DNA of 64,000 nt. It comes from Macrostomum lignano (lineage: Eukaryota). Shown here in pieces: positions 45,190 to 56,777 of the stretch (its first letter is position 1; every line of letters starts with the position of its first letter). The translations under genes were made by a program, and so were the position numbers. The notes under the pieces were generated by a model. The model made no database searches. It saw nothing but the letters and a program-made list of their open reading frames with translations, and was not told the DNA's origin. Where the stretch lies: positions 62,001-126,000 of the forward strand of contig NIVC01000839.1 of the NCBI GenBank assembly GCA_002269645.1. Direction: 5' to 3'.

Positions 45190-46070
45190 CAAATTCATCC
45201 CTAAGTCTCTCTCCCCCTCTCTATCTCCCTCTCACTCTACCTGTCTCCCTCTCACCCTCCCTGTCTCCCTCTCACCCTCCCTGTCTCCCTTTCACCCTCC
45301 CTGTCTCCCTCTCACCCTCCCTGCCTTCCTATCACCCTCCCTGTCTCCCTCTCACCCTCCCTGTCTCCCTCTCACCCTCCCTGTCTCATTCTCACTCTCC
45401 CTGTCTCCCTCTCACTGTACCTATCTCCCTCTTATCCTCCCTGTCTCCCTCTCACCCTCTCTGTCTCCCTCTCACTGTACCTATCTCCCTCTCACCCTCC
45501 CTGTCTCCCTCTCACCCTCCCTGTCTCCCTCTCACTCTACCTGTCTCCCTCTCACCCTCCCTGTCTCCCTCTCACTCTACCTGTCTCCCTCTCACCCTCC
45601 CTGTCTCCCTCTCACCCTCCCTGTCTCCCTCTCACCCTCCCTGTCTCCCTCTCACCCTCCCTGTCTCCCTCTCACTCTACCTGTCTCCCTCTCACTCTCC
45701 CTGTCTCCCTCTCACTCTCCCTGTCTCCCTCTCACTCTACCTGTCTCCCTCTCACCCTCCCTGTCTCCCTCTCACTCTACCTGTCTCCCTCTCACCCTCC
45801 CTGTCTCCCTCTCACCCTCCCTGTCTCCCTCTCACCCTCCCTGTCTCCCTCTCACCCTCCCTGTCTCCCTCTCACTCTACCTGTCTCCCTCTCACTCTCC
45901 CTGTCTCCCTCTCACCCTCCCTGTCTCCCTCTTACCCTCCCTGTCTCCATCTCACCCTCCCTGTCTCCCTCTCACTGTACCTATCTCCCTCTTACCCTCC
46001 CTGTCTCCCTCTCACTCTACCTGTCTCCCTCTCACCCTCCCTGTCTCCCTCTCACCCTCCCTGTCTCCCT
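45190..46070. repeat. 20-bp CT-rich minisatellite (CTGTCTCCCTCTCACCCTCC)
   Basis: About 40 visible copies. Confidence 0.95.
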
Positions 46071-47123
46071 CATATAATATTGCTCGCCCCCTTTTAACGT
46101 ATCTGGAAAAGTTCTCACCCGCAAAAGTTCTAAAATAGAAAGTTAGGCTTCACATAAGTCCATCCAGAGGAGTGTCCAGTTTTTCTTCTTTTTCAATCCA
46201 TCAGTCTGACTCTCGGTCTCGCTTCAAAGACTTCTTTCCCAAGGACGTGATTAATATTTCTCCAAGTAGACCCTTTCCTCCGAAAGTTCTCAATAATAAT
46301 TTTTCTTTCGTTTGAAGTCGTTTCTTTTTTAATAAGAGCAAAATATACTCGTTGATCAATCTTTGCCAACCTGATTGGCAGTGATGAGGGCTGAAGTGCC
46401 GTGTCTCCAAATTAGGGCTCTTGAGTTCCTTCCTCTACGATAGCTTTAGTTAATTGATGTTTCTGATCTTTTCTATCTGGAATAATTGGTACATAGTGTC
46501 TTTGATTTTGAGAATATTGGTGTACCTATTTTTAGATTATGTACAATCATAATTTGTGATTATTTTGCGGATGAGTTGAGCACTTGCTTGATTGATGCTG
46601 GCTTAACCCGACGAGTTTCAAGGGCAGCCTCCTTACTTTAACGTGTTCTTACTTTAACTGTATTGTTAGTCTACTTAATGAGGTAAATAACTAGCCATCC
46701 AGTTGTAGCCTGTGCTGAGAAGCCTGAGAATAAACTCATCACATTTCAATAGGTCGACCTTAATTCATTTCTAAATAAATAAAGAAATAATATTTTCTTC
46801 TGGCGAATGGGCTGCGTTTTAACGCATCGGTTTCCATTTTTATTTATTATATTTGACTGTAACAGAGGACCATTAAAAACGAGACTTTGGGACAAATATA
46901 AAAGTGAGAGAGCTTTGTTATACAATAAGTACGAGCTGTTACTGTTACGTAATAACTGTACGGTTCACGCACCGTGCACAATGACGCCCGAACTCGCTCA
47001 CAAGAGTCTTAAACTGTGAGCGATCAAGTTTGGCAAGAATCCTCGCGACAAAACGGTCTTTAGGTACCTGCCGATTGCAGCTGATCTACAAGCAGAATTA
47101 GCCTCATCGCTGATCCGACCGCC

Positions 47124-48547
47124 TTACAGCTTCCGGTTGTGCCATGCAGCTCTTCGTGTGCAGCTGCACCACGTAAGCTTCGGGAAACGCAGCGAACACT
47201 TAGCCTCTTCTTCGTCCGTCATGCGACCGAGGTCCTTGCAGACAGCCACCTTGTTGGTGTACCAGCTGAACGGATTAAAGTACTTGGCCTCGAAGATTTT
47301 CGCATCTGTTGGCTTCTCCTTCATGTAGTCCCTCAGCTCTTGCATTAGAATCTCAGGCCCGGTGGTAAAGTCCACTGTCCCCCCCCCCTGCCAAAGTGTT
47401 GGTGCACCATCACTCTTGCGATCAGCCGCATCCAAAACGGATGGCCGGGTCGCGAGGCCATGAGTGAGTTCTCGACGTAAGTCCGCAGCAACGAATCTTC
47501 CTGTTTGAGGCCGTCCATGCCGCCGAACAGCATCGCGGTGGAGTTGAGCAGGTGCTCGAAGTTCTTCTGACAAACTGCGTCAAGGTCAGCATAGATGCCT
47601 CCAAAGTGGAACATGTAGAAGTACCTGGCGACATCGGCTCTTTCCACCGGCTTTTTGAAGCTAAAGTACACCGGCAGGAACCATGGGTAATGGTCTCGCA
47701 CCAGCGCCAGCTTGTCATCGTCAGTCCAGAAGCGAAATTCCCAGTTCGGAAAGCAGGTCTGCCAGCTGGCGCTCCAGCGCTGCGCTCGTCTGGTGGGCAG
47801 CTTGCGGCTCTTCCAGCTTTGGTGTATCATCGGCGTGACAAAGTTGCCGACGCGCTGCTCTGATGTTTGACCGATCTGTGCAGTGGCGTGCAATGGATTC
47901 TGCTGTTAGTGTTACCGAAAGCATATCCCCCGAAGAGAAAGTGCAAAATTAAAAAACTGTGATCACAATCAAGAAATCAAAAGGCGCAACATTTGTCCCC
48001 CCCCATCCTCAAGAGCTCATTGGCTTGCCAAACGCCGCCTACGATATGTACAACACCGCCATTCATTTGCATCTCTCTGAATCAACCTCTTCTCAGAATG
48101 AACGACTTCAAGGGACAGATCTTGTATTCCCATATGATGTTGCCAATTAGCAAGTTTACCAAGTTTGTCGTATTGTAAAGTTGTGCACTTTCATTTCGTT
48201 CAGAACAGTGTTGGAATGGTAAAAAAATGAATCCTGTTATCATGGCTTCGTTCTAGGCAAGCTAAGAGACAGGTAGCCGGAGATCCAAAAGAAAAACCTT
48301 TGTTTAAATTAATATTTCAGTCTATTTTCCAGTATTGAGAGCGCCAAGAGCAGTAAGTAAAACGCCGGTACTCGGATGGGATGGGGCTGGTGCCTATTGC
48401 TTCTTTCTGCTTGTCATATGCCTAGTTACCTGAAGCACCTGAGGTCTCACGAAGTCCTGAAGACTCCTGATGCATGCTTAAAAGCGATCGGACTATCAGC
48501 AGAGCGAGTGCAGCGACTGCCGCCTTGATTACAGTTAGGATCCGCAT
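47124..48547 (-). CDS. GT32-family DXD glycosyltransferase (OCH1/SUR1-like), type II membrane; frameshifted as assembled
   Basis: IHQSWKS, WEFRFWTDD, ERADVARYFYMFHFGGIYADLD, ENSLMASRPGHPFW, TTGPEIL. Candidate exon 1 48547-48430 encodes a signal anchor (MRILTVIKAAVAALALLIV); candidate exon 2 48261-48160; exon 3 from ~47902. Frame breaks at a C10 run (47379-47388) and probably an A7 run (48221-48227). Confidence 0.8.
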
Positions 48548-49099
48548 TTGCGAAAGCCGCGTGCAAGCTTCCGTGAGGACGGTCCGACTGGTGAATTCGC
48601 TTCTATTTATGTACTTTATTTTGCATATGCCATATGCTTTGCAAAGAGATGTGTATGGACTATTGCTTCATTTTATGTCTATGACAGAAACCTTCGTTAA
48701 CTATGCAAAGTGATGAACACCAAGCTCACAAGAAGGCTCTTTACTTTTAGGGTCGATTACCTGCTTTAAATCTTCCATTTAACCTTACGAATTCAATCCA
48801 TAGCTCGCACATCGACTGTAGAATATATTTTAAGTTCAGAGCAAAATAATGATAAATTTGCGTCACTTTATTTGACTGCAATGACATGCCACGATGCATG
48901 CGAAGTCTAGGAGTAAGCTGAAAAAGCAGGTCAACATATCAAAACATAACATGACATAGCAAAGCCTCTCGGAGAATGGTATAGGCGAGTAACTATTCTT
49001 GCTGATTGGTTTGTACGAGTTGAAGAAATGGTCCGATCCTGCACAGTAGATCATCAGCATCAAACGCCAAGCATTGACAAATCGGCCATTGACAAAATA

Positions 49100-49540
49100 G
49101 ATAGATGAGAATAGAAGTAGATTGATAAGAATTGAAGTAGATGAATGAGAATAGAAGTAGATAGATGAGAATAGAAGTAGATTGATAAGAATCGAAGTAG
49201 ATGAATGAGAATAGAAGTAGATAGATGAGAATAGAAGTAGATAGATGAGAATAGAAGTAGATAGATGAGAATAGAAGTAGATAGATGAGAATAGAAGTAG
49301 ATAGATGAGAATAGAAGTAGATAGATGAGAATAGAAGTAGATAGATGAGAATAGAAGTAGATAGATGAGAATAGAAGTAGATAGATGAGAATAGAAGTAG
49401 ATAGATGAGAATAGAAGTAGATAGATGAGAATAGAAGTAGATAGATGAGAATAGAAGTAGATAGATGAGAATAGAAGTAGATAGATGAGAATAGAAGTAG
49501 ATAGATGAGAATAGAAGTAGATAGATGAGAATAGAAGTAT
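49100..49540. repeat. 20-bp near-perfect tandem repeat (AGATAGATGAGAATAGAAGT)
   Basis: About 20 copies. Confidence 0.95.
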
Positions 49541-50059
49541 ACAGAAGAGGAATTAAAATAGATAGATTAGACTGAATAGACTGAAGTGTTCCATACCTGT
49601 ATACTATTGCATAGGTAAATTTCCATATTAGTAAAAATCATGAGCAACAAATATGAATGCATCATATTTCATCAATTAATCAACTGGTCTCTATAGTATC
49701 AAATTTCTAAAGCCACATCGACGCTAGCTGTATTTTTTTAATAGCAATCAATCAATGCATCAGAGCATGCAGCCTCCCTAATGATTGGTAGATCAAGCAT
49801 CTTCATAACTGGATTGTGCATTTTTTATTAAGAAGGCAAGTGCTTGACGTATATACGCATGCGGACAGTGAGAGAGATCAACCAGCTCACCTCTAGGATG
49901 CATATTCGTCAGATAACAAGACCTTGAACTTGTTTTTTTCGTCAAAAGGTCAATCAATGAATTAGTGAAGTTAAAGTGAAACTTCATCCCGCTGTTTTCC
50001 GTTTCAGTGACGTTCGGTTGCCTACGCAGTATATACAAGCGTAGCTAGCGCTTTGTGAG

Positions 50060-51645
50060 ATTCTCAGGGGCAATTCTCAGGGGCAATTCTCAGGGCGATT
50101 CTCGGTGCGATTCTCGGTGCGATTCTCAGGGCGATTCTCAGGGCGATTCTCAGGGCGATTCTCAGTGCGATTCTCGGTGCGATTCTCAGGGCGATTCTCA
50201 GGGCGATTCTTAAGGGCAATTTTCAGGGGTGATTCTCAGTGCGATTCTCAGGGGCAATTCTCAGGGCAATTTTCAGGGGTGATTCTCAGTGCGATTCTCA
50301 GGGGCAATTCTCAGGGCAATTTTCAGGGGTGATTCTCAGTGCGATTCTCATGGCGATTCTCAGGGCGATTCTCATGGCGATTCTCAGGGTGATTTTCATG
50401 GCAATTCTCAGGGCGATTCTCATGGCGATTCTCAGGGCGATTTTCATGGCGATTCTCAGGGCGATTCTCAGGGCGATTCTCAGGGCGATTCTCAGAGCGA
50501 TTCTCAGTGCGATTCTCAGTGCAATATTCAGTGCGATTCTCATGGCGATTCTCAGGGCGATTCTCATGGCGATTCTCAGGGCGATTTTCATGGCGATTCT
50601 CAGTGCAATTCTCAGTGCAATTCTCAGTGCGATTCTCATGGCGATTCTCAGGGCGATTCTCATGGCGATTCTCAGGGCGATTTTCATGGCGATTCTCAGT
50701 GCAATTCTCAGGGCGATTCTCAGAGCGATTTTCATGGCGATTCTCAGTGCAATTCTCAGGGCGATTCTCAGAGCGATTCTCAGGGCGATTCTCAGGGCGA
50801 TTCTCAGGGCGATTGTCATGGAGATTCTCAGGGCGATTCTCAGTGCAATTCTCAGTGTGATTCTCAGGGCAATTCTCAGGGGCGATTCTCATGGCGATTC
50901 TCAGAGTGATCTTCTTGGTGATTCTCATGGTGATTCTCAGAGTGATTCTCAAGGCGATTCTCAGTGCGCTTCTCAGGGTGATTCTCAGTGCGATTCTCAG
51001 GGCGATTCTGATCAGGGGTGATTCTCAGTGCGATTCTGATCAGGGGTGATTCTCAGTGCGATTCTCAGGGCAATTCTCAGGGCGATTCTCATGGCGATTC
51101 TCAGGTCGATTTTCAGGTCGATTCTCAGTGCAATTCTCATGGCGATTCTCAGTGCGATTCTCAGGGCGATTCTCAGAGCGATTCTCAGGGCGATTCTCAG
51201 GGCGATTCTCAGGGCGATTCTCAGGGCGATTCTCAGGGCGATTCTCAGGGCGATTTTCAGGGCAATTCTCAGTGCGATTCTCGGTGTGATTCTCAGGGCG
51301 ATTCTCAGGGCGATTCTCAGAGTGATTCTCGTGGTGAATCTCAGAGTAACTCTCTGGGCGATTCTCAGAGTGATTTTCTTGGTGATTCTCATGTTGATTC
51401 TCAGACTGATTCTCAGAGTGATTCTCATGGAGATTCTCAGAGTGATCTTCTTGGTGATTCTCATGGTGATTCTCAGAGTGATTCTCAGAGTGATTCTCAA
51501 AGTGATTCTCAAAGTGATTCTCAGGGCGATTCTCTTGGTGATTCTCCCAGGGCAATACCCAGAGCGATTCTCAGGGCGATTTTCAGAGTGATTCTCAGAG
51601 TGATTTTCAGAGTGATTCTCAAGGCGATTCTAAGGGCGATTCTCA
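50060..51645. repeat. 12-bp minisatellite (GGGCGATTCTCA and variants)
   Basis: More than 100 variant units; low-complexity ORFs open on both strands. Confidence 0.95.
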
Positions 51646-52477
51646 TCTAAAATGAGAGGAGAATTTAGTAACCTTTTCTGTCATTTACAGAAATCATTAA
51701 TGCTTATTATTAATATTGAATAATTTCAAACAACTTCCTTATCTCAGAAATATTCCATAAAAAGTTTTGTTGCTAAGACGCAAACTTAATAAAGTGTTGG
51801 CTATGAACTCAATATGCCACCAAAATATTTTTTTAAATGAAATTATCTCGAAGAAGACTGAATTGACGGACAGACTAGCTGATGACTAAAACCTATTTTG
51901 GGTCACTTATCAAAGCTAGGCGGATTTCCTCAATTCAAAAAAGGGACCGACAGTCAATCAAACTTGGCCAGAATCAAAATTATGAAAATTATTTAAGCCG
52001 TCATCTTTTTGTGACAAAAATAACAATTCAAGTTTGTGAGTTGGTCTCTATTAGAAACAGAGTGCAGACTGCATTTTATTGAAGTAATAGTATTTTTTTA
52101 TTGATGAGTTAAAACTGAGTTAAAACTTTAGCTTATTTTATGCAAAATAAAAGATAACTAAAAACGCTCGTATTTTACTTTTATAGTAGGTAAGTAGAAA
52201 GTTGTCTATAAATGTACTATGTATAATAATTGAAGTAGTGCTGGCATTAGTAAAGACATTTATAATCGCATTCTTAGAAAAGTCAGGTTAGGTTAATAAT
52301 TTGTTTCTTAGAAAGGTGGCTCTTTGAATCATTTTGAAATTGCGACTTTTAGAGCTGATTCTTAGAAATAGAATATTACAAGGCAAGTTTAAGTTATTAA
52401 GGAAGTCAGTTGATTTGAACTACAGGAAAGTGTTTCGATCAACTACAGTTTTGTAAAATTACTAAAAAATGAGATGA

Positions 52478-54281
52478 TCACTTGTTGTTGATCAACGTGG
52501 CGTAATTCATTCGCACCTGCTCAACTAGTTCAGCCGATGGACCACTTGGAGACAGCGGCCACTTCAACCAGTTCTCCCACAGTTTCAGGATCTCATTTAT
52601 CAACTGACGATCTTGAGTCCTCGGTGACTCGTCCAGCTCTCCCAGTACAAGCATGAGACTGAGCAGGTGGAGCAGCATCACGGACAGCGCCGAGTTGGAC
52701 TGCAGACTAACGACGAGTGATGACGCAACAATAAAGTTACAGCGTTGCATTCAGCAAACTGCTGGCCAAGTACCACTCGAAGCTCGCAGCCGGCCTCAGC
52801 CCCGACGTCTCCATCGTCAAAGTGCTCAGGATTGACTTCGGAATGCTGCTTCTTCTCGATTGCCGAGTCAAGACTGTTCTCAGCCGTGGACAGGATTAAG
52901 CTGGCTAAGAATCGATGAAAAATTGTCAGATTCAACTCGCACCCGTTCAGAGCCGTTTGCACGTCTGGCGGCAGATGGTGCTGGTGCTGATGATGATGGT
53001 GATGACTGCTGTTGCTATGGTGATGGTGATGCGGCAGGTGCAAATGGAGATGATGATTCCGATGGTGATGGTGACTCAGGGCAGTTTCGTAGGATAAAGG
53101 AAGCTGCAGTATGTCCTGTCTGGGCTTCTGCGGTGGCTGCTGCGTCGATGTGGACTCTTGTCGGTCGGCACCGTTGCAAGTGCCTGGCGGCGTGAGGTGC
53201 TCAGCCAACAGTCGCAGCAGGTCGCCAGAACCGAGCAGACGAATTATCCGAGTTGGAAGCTGCTCGTCCAGTTTTGAGCCGAATTCGTCAGTTATAACCA
53301 GGGGCTTGGCAGTATCGAAGCCTTGAAAGTTGCCGTGCTTGTCGAATTGCGGGGATGGAAGCGAGAGCGCCAGTCTGTTGCCATGAGGACTGCTCGCAGG
53401 TGTGAAGAAGGATGGCAGCTTGTTATTCACGGTTTTGTACACGGATACTGTACCTTCTCTTCTATCACGATAGTGTAAAGTTTAAAATAACTTTAAAATA
53501 ACATAAAAATCGGGGTTGTAGTCTAGTGGTTAGAGCGTCAGACTCACGACTTGAAGGTCGGGGGTTCGATTCCCGATCCCACTGGAACAATTTGTACATA
53601 CTGGAGCAAGACACTTAACTCTGCACTGCTGTAGTTTACTCAGCTGTAAAATATGGATGCTGAGGTAATTGAGGATGTGTGGCGACCCCCCAGTCCTTGG
53701 ACTGAACAGCCGTACGCAGCCTTCAGATGCGCCGCGCAATAGCTGCGGCTGAGCTGTCGGTTGCACATCTGGCCCAACTGGGACAGGTGTAATAAAGTTT
53801 TAAAAACACGAACACTACTAAAGCCTAATTCATATTGAGTGCTTGATATGAAAGAAACAAGAATTGAATAAAATGCTCACCTTTGCTCATCAACAATTCG
53901 TTTCTCCAACAGTTTCGGTGAGATCTTGGCCAGCCAATCCAACACGACTTGCCAGCCTTCGGTTGGGTTGGCAAATTTCGCCAGCCGGCAAGGCAGCTGT
54001 GAGCGTCGCTTATTGATGCCGCTGTCTGGACCCTGGGCCGGCGACAGCAGCTCCTTCATCAGCTGGTAGCCTTTGCGTAGATTCCACAGCAGGCCACTGC
54101 CGTGAGCGCTGGAATCATGTCCACCATGGCACTGATGATGGTGCTCCTGATGACTGCTGCCTCCGCTGTGTCGATGGTGTCTCTTCTCAGAGGATAACTC
54201 CTGCTTAGGGATGTTTGATTCTTTCTCATCTGTGTCAGATTGCTCTGGCATCAAATTGTGATTATTTGGATTTGTTGCCAT
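52478..54281 (-). CDS. Uncharacterised multi-exon gene with His-rich tracts
   Basis: Candidate exons 54281-53881 (GTGAGC donor), 53461-52741 and 52699-52517/52478, with phase-compatible GT-AG introns including a 41-nt one; helical-looking segments (GWQVVLDWLAKISPKLLE, LINEILKLWENWL). No family recognised. Confidence 0.55.
53512..53800 (+). mobile_element. tRNA-derived SINE in an intron
   Basis: Head GGGGTTGTAGTCTAGTGGTTAGAGCG...GGTTCGATTCCCG folds tRNA-like, followed by the SINE-type body GAGCAAGACACTTAACTCT...CAGCTGTAAAAT; a body fragment recurs at ~61960-62010. Confidence 0.75.
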
Positions 54282-54476
54282 CAATGAATTTTGTTGGGTT
54301 GAAATTAAATATTAATATTGATCTCGTGGGGATATGCCAAGCGTTAGCCGTTAAGTACATTGAAAGCATAGCACTTGACAACCATAGACATTGCTTCTGC
54401 AGGCAAAGATTTCTATTGTCAGTTAAAGTGCACAGCAATGCTACTTAATATGCGTACTCGTGGCCTAGACATTTAA

Positions 54477-55397
54477 GGGGAGCACTCCAACTGCCAGCCG
54501 GAAAACTGCCAGCCGACAATTGCCAGCCGACAACTGCCCGCCGACAACTGCCAGTCGACAACTGCCAGCCGATAATTCTGTAATGCCTATTGTAAATATT
54601 TCTGTATTGAAAGTTTATTTACTTTATTATTTAATTTGCGATTGCTATATGACGCAATCCTAGATAAGTCTATTAAACTACTTTACTTAAATAAAGCTTT
54701 CAAAGAAAGAGCAAAGGCTACCTAAAATACGAAATTCGAATGCTTTCTCCTTCACATATATACTTCTAATGGAAATCTGAAAAAAATAGGGAAGGGAAGG
54801 GCGACGTTTAAGGCTACCCCACAAGCCTTTTGCTAGCCAAACAGTTTCGTGCTTTTTACTTAGCTAATAAGTAGGCTACAGTAGATTCAATTATCTAGAA
54901 CTTGTTGGCTGGCAGTTGTCGCCTGGCAGATTTCTCGGCTGGCAGTTGTCGGCTGGCAGTTTTCCGGCTGGCAGTTTTCTCGGCTGGCAATTGTCGACTG
55001 GCAATTGTCGACTGGCAGTTGTCGGCTGGCAGTTTTCCGGCTGGCAGTTTTCTCGGCTGGCAATTGTCGGCTGGCAGTTGTCGGCTGGCAGTTGTCGGCT
55101 GGCAGTTTTCCGGCTGGCAGTTTTCTCGGCTGGCAATTGTCGACTGGCAGTTGTCGGCTGGCAGTTTTCCGGCTGGCAGTTTTCTCGGCTGGCAATTGTC
55201 GGCTGGCAGTTTTCCGGCTGGCAGTTGTCGGCTGGCAGTTTTCCGGCTGGCAGTTTTCTCGGCTGGCAATTGTCGGCTGGCAGTTGTCGACTGGCAGTTG
55301 TCGGCTGGCAGTTGTCGGCTGGCAATTGTCGGCTGGCAGTTTTCCGGCTGGCAGTTGTCGGCTGGCAGTTTTCCGGCTAGCAGTTGGGGTGGACCCC
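54477..55397. mobile_element. Foldback-type MITE with asymmetric arms of CTGCCAGCCG repeats
   Basis: GGGGAGCACTCCAACTGCCAGCCGGAAAACTGCC versus reverse-complement end GGGGTCCACCCCAACTGCTAGCCGGAAAACTGCC; 6-bp flanking repeat ATTTAA (54471-54476, 55398-55403). Confidence 0.8.
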
Positions 55398-55479
55398 ATT
55401 TAAGCACTCTAGTACTTATCTCTTGTTGGCTCTGTCAACCACATTCACAACGAGGGTCGAGGAGGTCTAACACCAGGTA

Positions 55480-56610
55480 GTTGTCTCTCGCTCCCGTCTA
55501 GCCATGACTGCATTGTTCTGCCTGGCTTCTCTGTCCCTTGGATACTTCTAAATAGTACATTGCTTGAACAGGAGAGAGGAATTGCAGCCTTTGACTGATG
55601 TTCTCCAACGCGTCATATACGTTCATGTACGTATCGCTTGGAGACTTGGAAGCCGACTTTGAGAGGTCAGAGCGCCTGCTCAGAGACCAGAGCGACAATG
55701 AGGAGCTGCAGCTGCGGCTTCTGGACCAGCTCGAGCCGAAGAAAAATACGCTTTTGAGAGGGAGAGAATGTTTGATCCGTTGATCCGTCAGGAATAAGGC
55801 TGAATTGCAAAGGTGGGTGCGGAGTGAGGTGGGTGAGGAGTGAGGTGGGTGAGGAGTGAGGTGGATGTGGATTGAGGTGGGTGTGGAGTGAGGTGGGTGA
55901 GGAGTGAGGTGGGTGTGGAGTGAGGTGGGTGTAGAGTGAGGTGGGTGTGCAATATTCAGTGGCTAGTTGTGTGCAACAACACTAGAGGATTCGTTGCTGA
56001 CAGCTCAGGCCGTGTGGTTTCTGCGAGACTCGGCGAGAGGCGCCGGAAAGGCTGTTTCAGTTCTGCATCCTAGCATCGTTTAATTCAACAAAAATATTTT
56101 TGGTGCTGTCTGTGGACGGCTCACACAAGTTAGGATGCCAGTGCGCGACATCATGCAACTGGAACAAGAAAGTCTTTCTTGTAGATAATGCCACCGTCAG
56201 CTGCTGTTTATTGCTCAGTCTGACGCAGTCACAGTAGTGACGGACCTGAGCGGTCACGCGGTGCGTCGAGTCCGCCCACACAACGTGGGCTTCGGTGACA
56301 TCTGTGGAATCGGTGGCAACGCAGCCTTCGTGTTTGTGTCCAGTGGAAACAAAATTGCTGCATTCAGCAAAGCGACTTGGCAGATGAAGACGGTAATCAC
56401 GCTGTCTCAGCTTCCTGATGCTCGGCTGGGTAACCCGACGACTCACGACAACTGCATTCTGGTGACAGACAGGAAGTAATCAGGTGCACAGAGTGCGCAT
56501 CGACACCCAGCAGCCTTCCCGGCTCAGCGTTCCGGCCTCCCAACAGTTTGATCAGCCAGCTAATGTCGCCATTGACTGCAGAGGCCGCCTGTTTGTGAGT
56601 GAAATTGTAT
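55480..56610 (+). pseudogene. Degenerate coiled-coil plus NHL-repeat (TRIM-NHL-like) gene
   Basis: SHDCIVL (B-box-end-like); coiled coil LEADFERSERLLRDQSDNEELQLRLLDQL; donor AAG/GTGGGT at ~55812; ILVTD and NHL-type FDQPANVAIDCRGRLFVSE (~56540-56600); several stops and frameshifts. Confidence 0.55.
55812..55948. repeat. Short G-rich tandem repeat (GAGTGAGGTGGGT)
   Basis: Visible units; same core as the USP34 intron repeats, in reverse orientation. Confidence 0.8.
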
Positions 56611-56777
56611 GGTCACTCAGTGTGTGCAGAGGTTGCAGATGAGGGGTCGCTGCTGTGGACGCTCGCGTGGTCACGGGGTGATGACTAGAGGTCCAACTCC
56701 AGGCTTTTAAAACATAGATTAGATTTGTATGTCCTTGAACTGTTATTGGTTCATGGTAAACATTTTGTTTATTAATA

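Noticed and set aside
40976-46097. Leu/Ser/Pro/His-rich ORFs in and after the channel intron
   Set aside because: All coincide with 20-bp GA/CT minisatellites.
53512-53582. Possible tRNA-Val(CAC) gene
   Set aside because: The anticodon stem pairs poorly, no oligo-T terminator follows, and the sequence continues into a SINE-type body.
55498-55790. Minus-strand open frame as an upstream exon of the His-rich gene
   Set aside because: It is Ser-rich and antisense to a more protein-like plus-strand coiled coil; no convincing donor links it.
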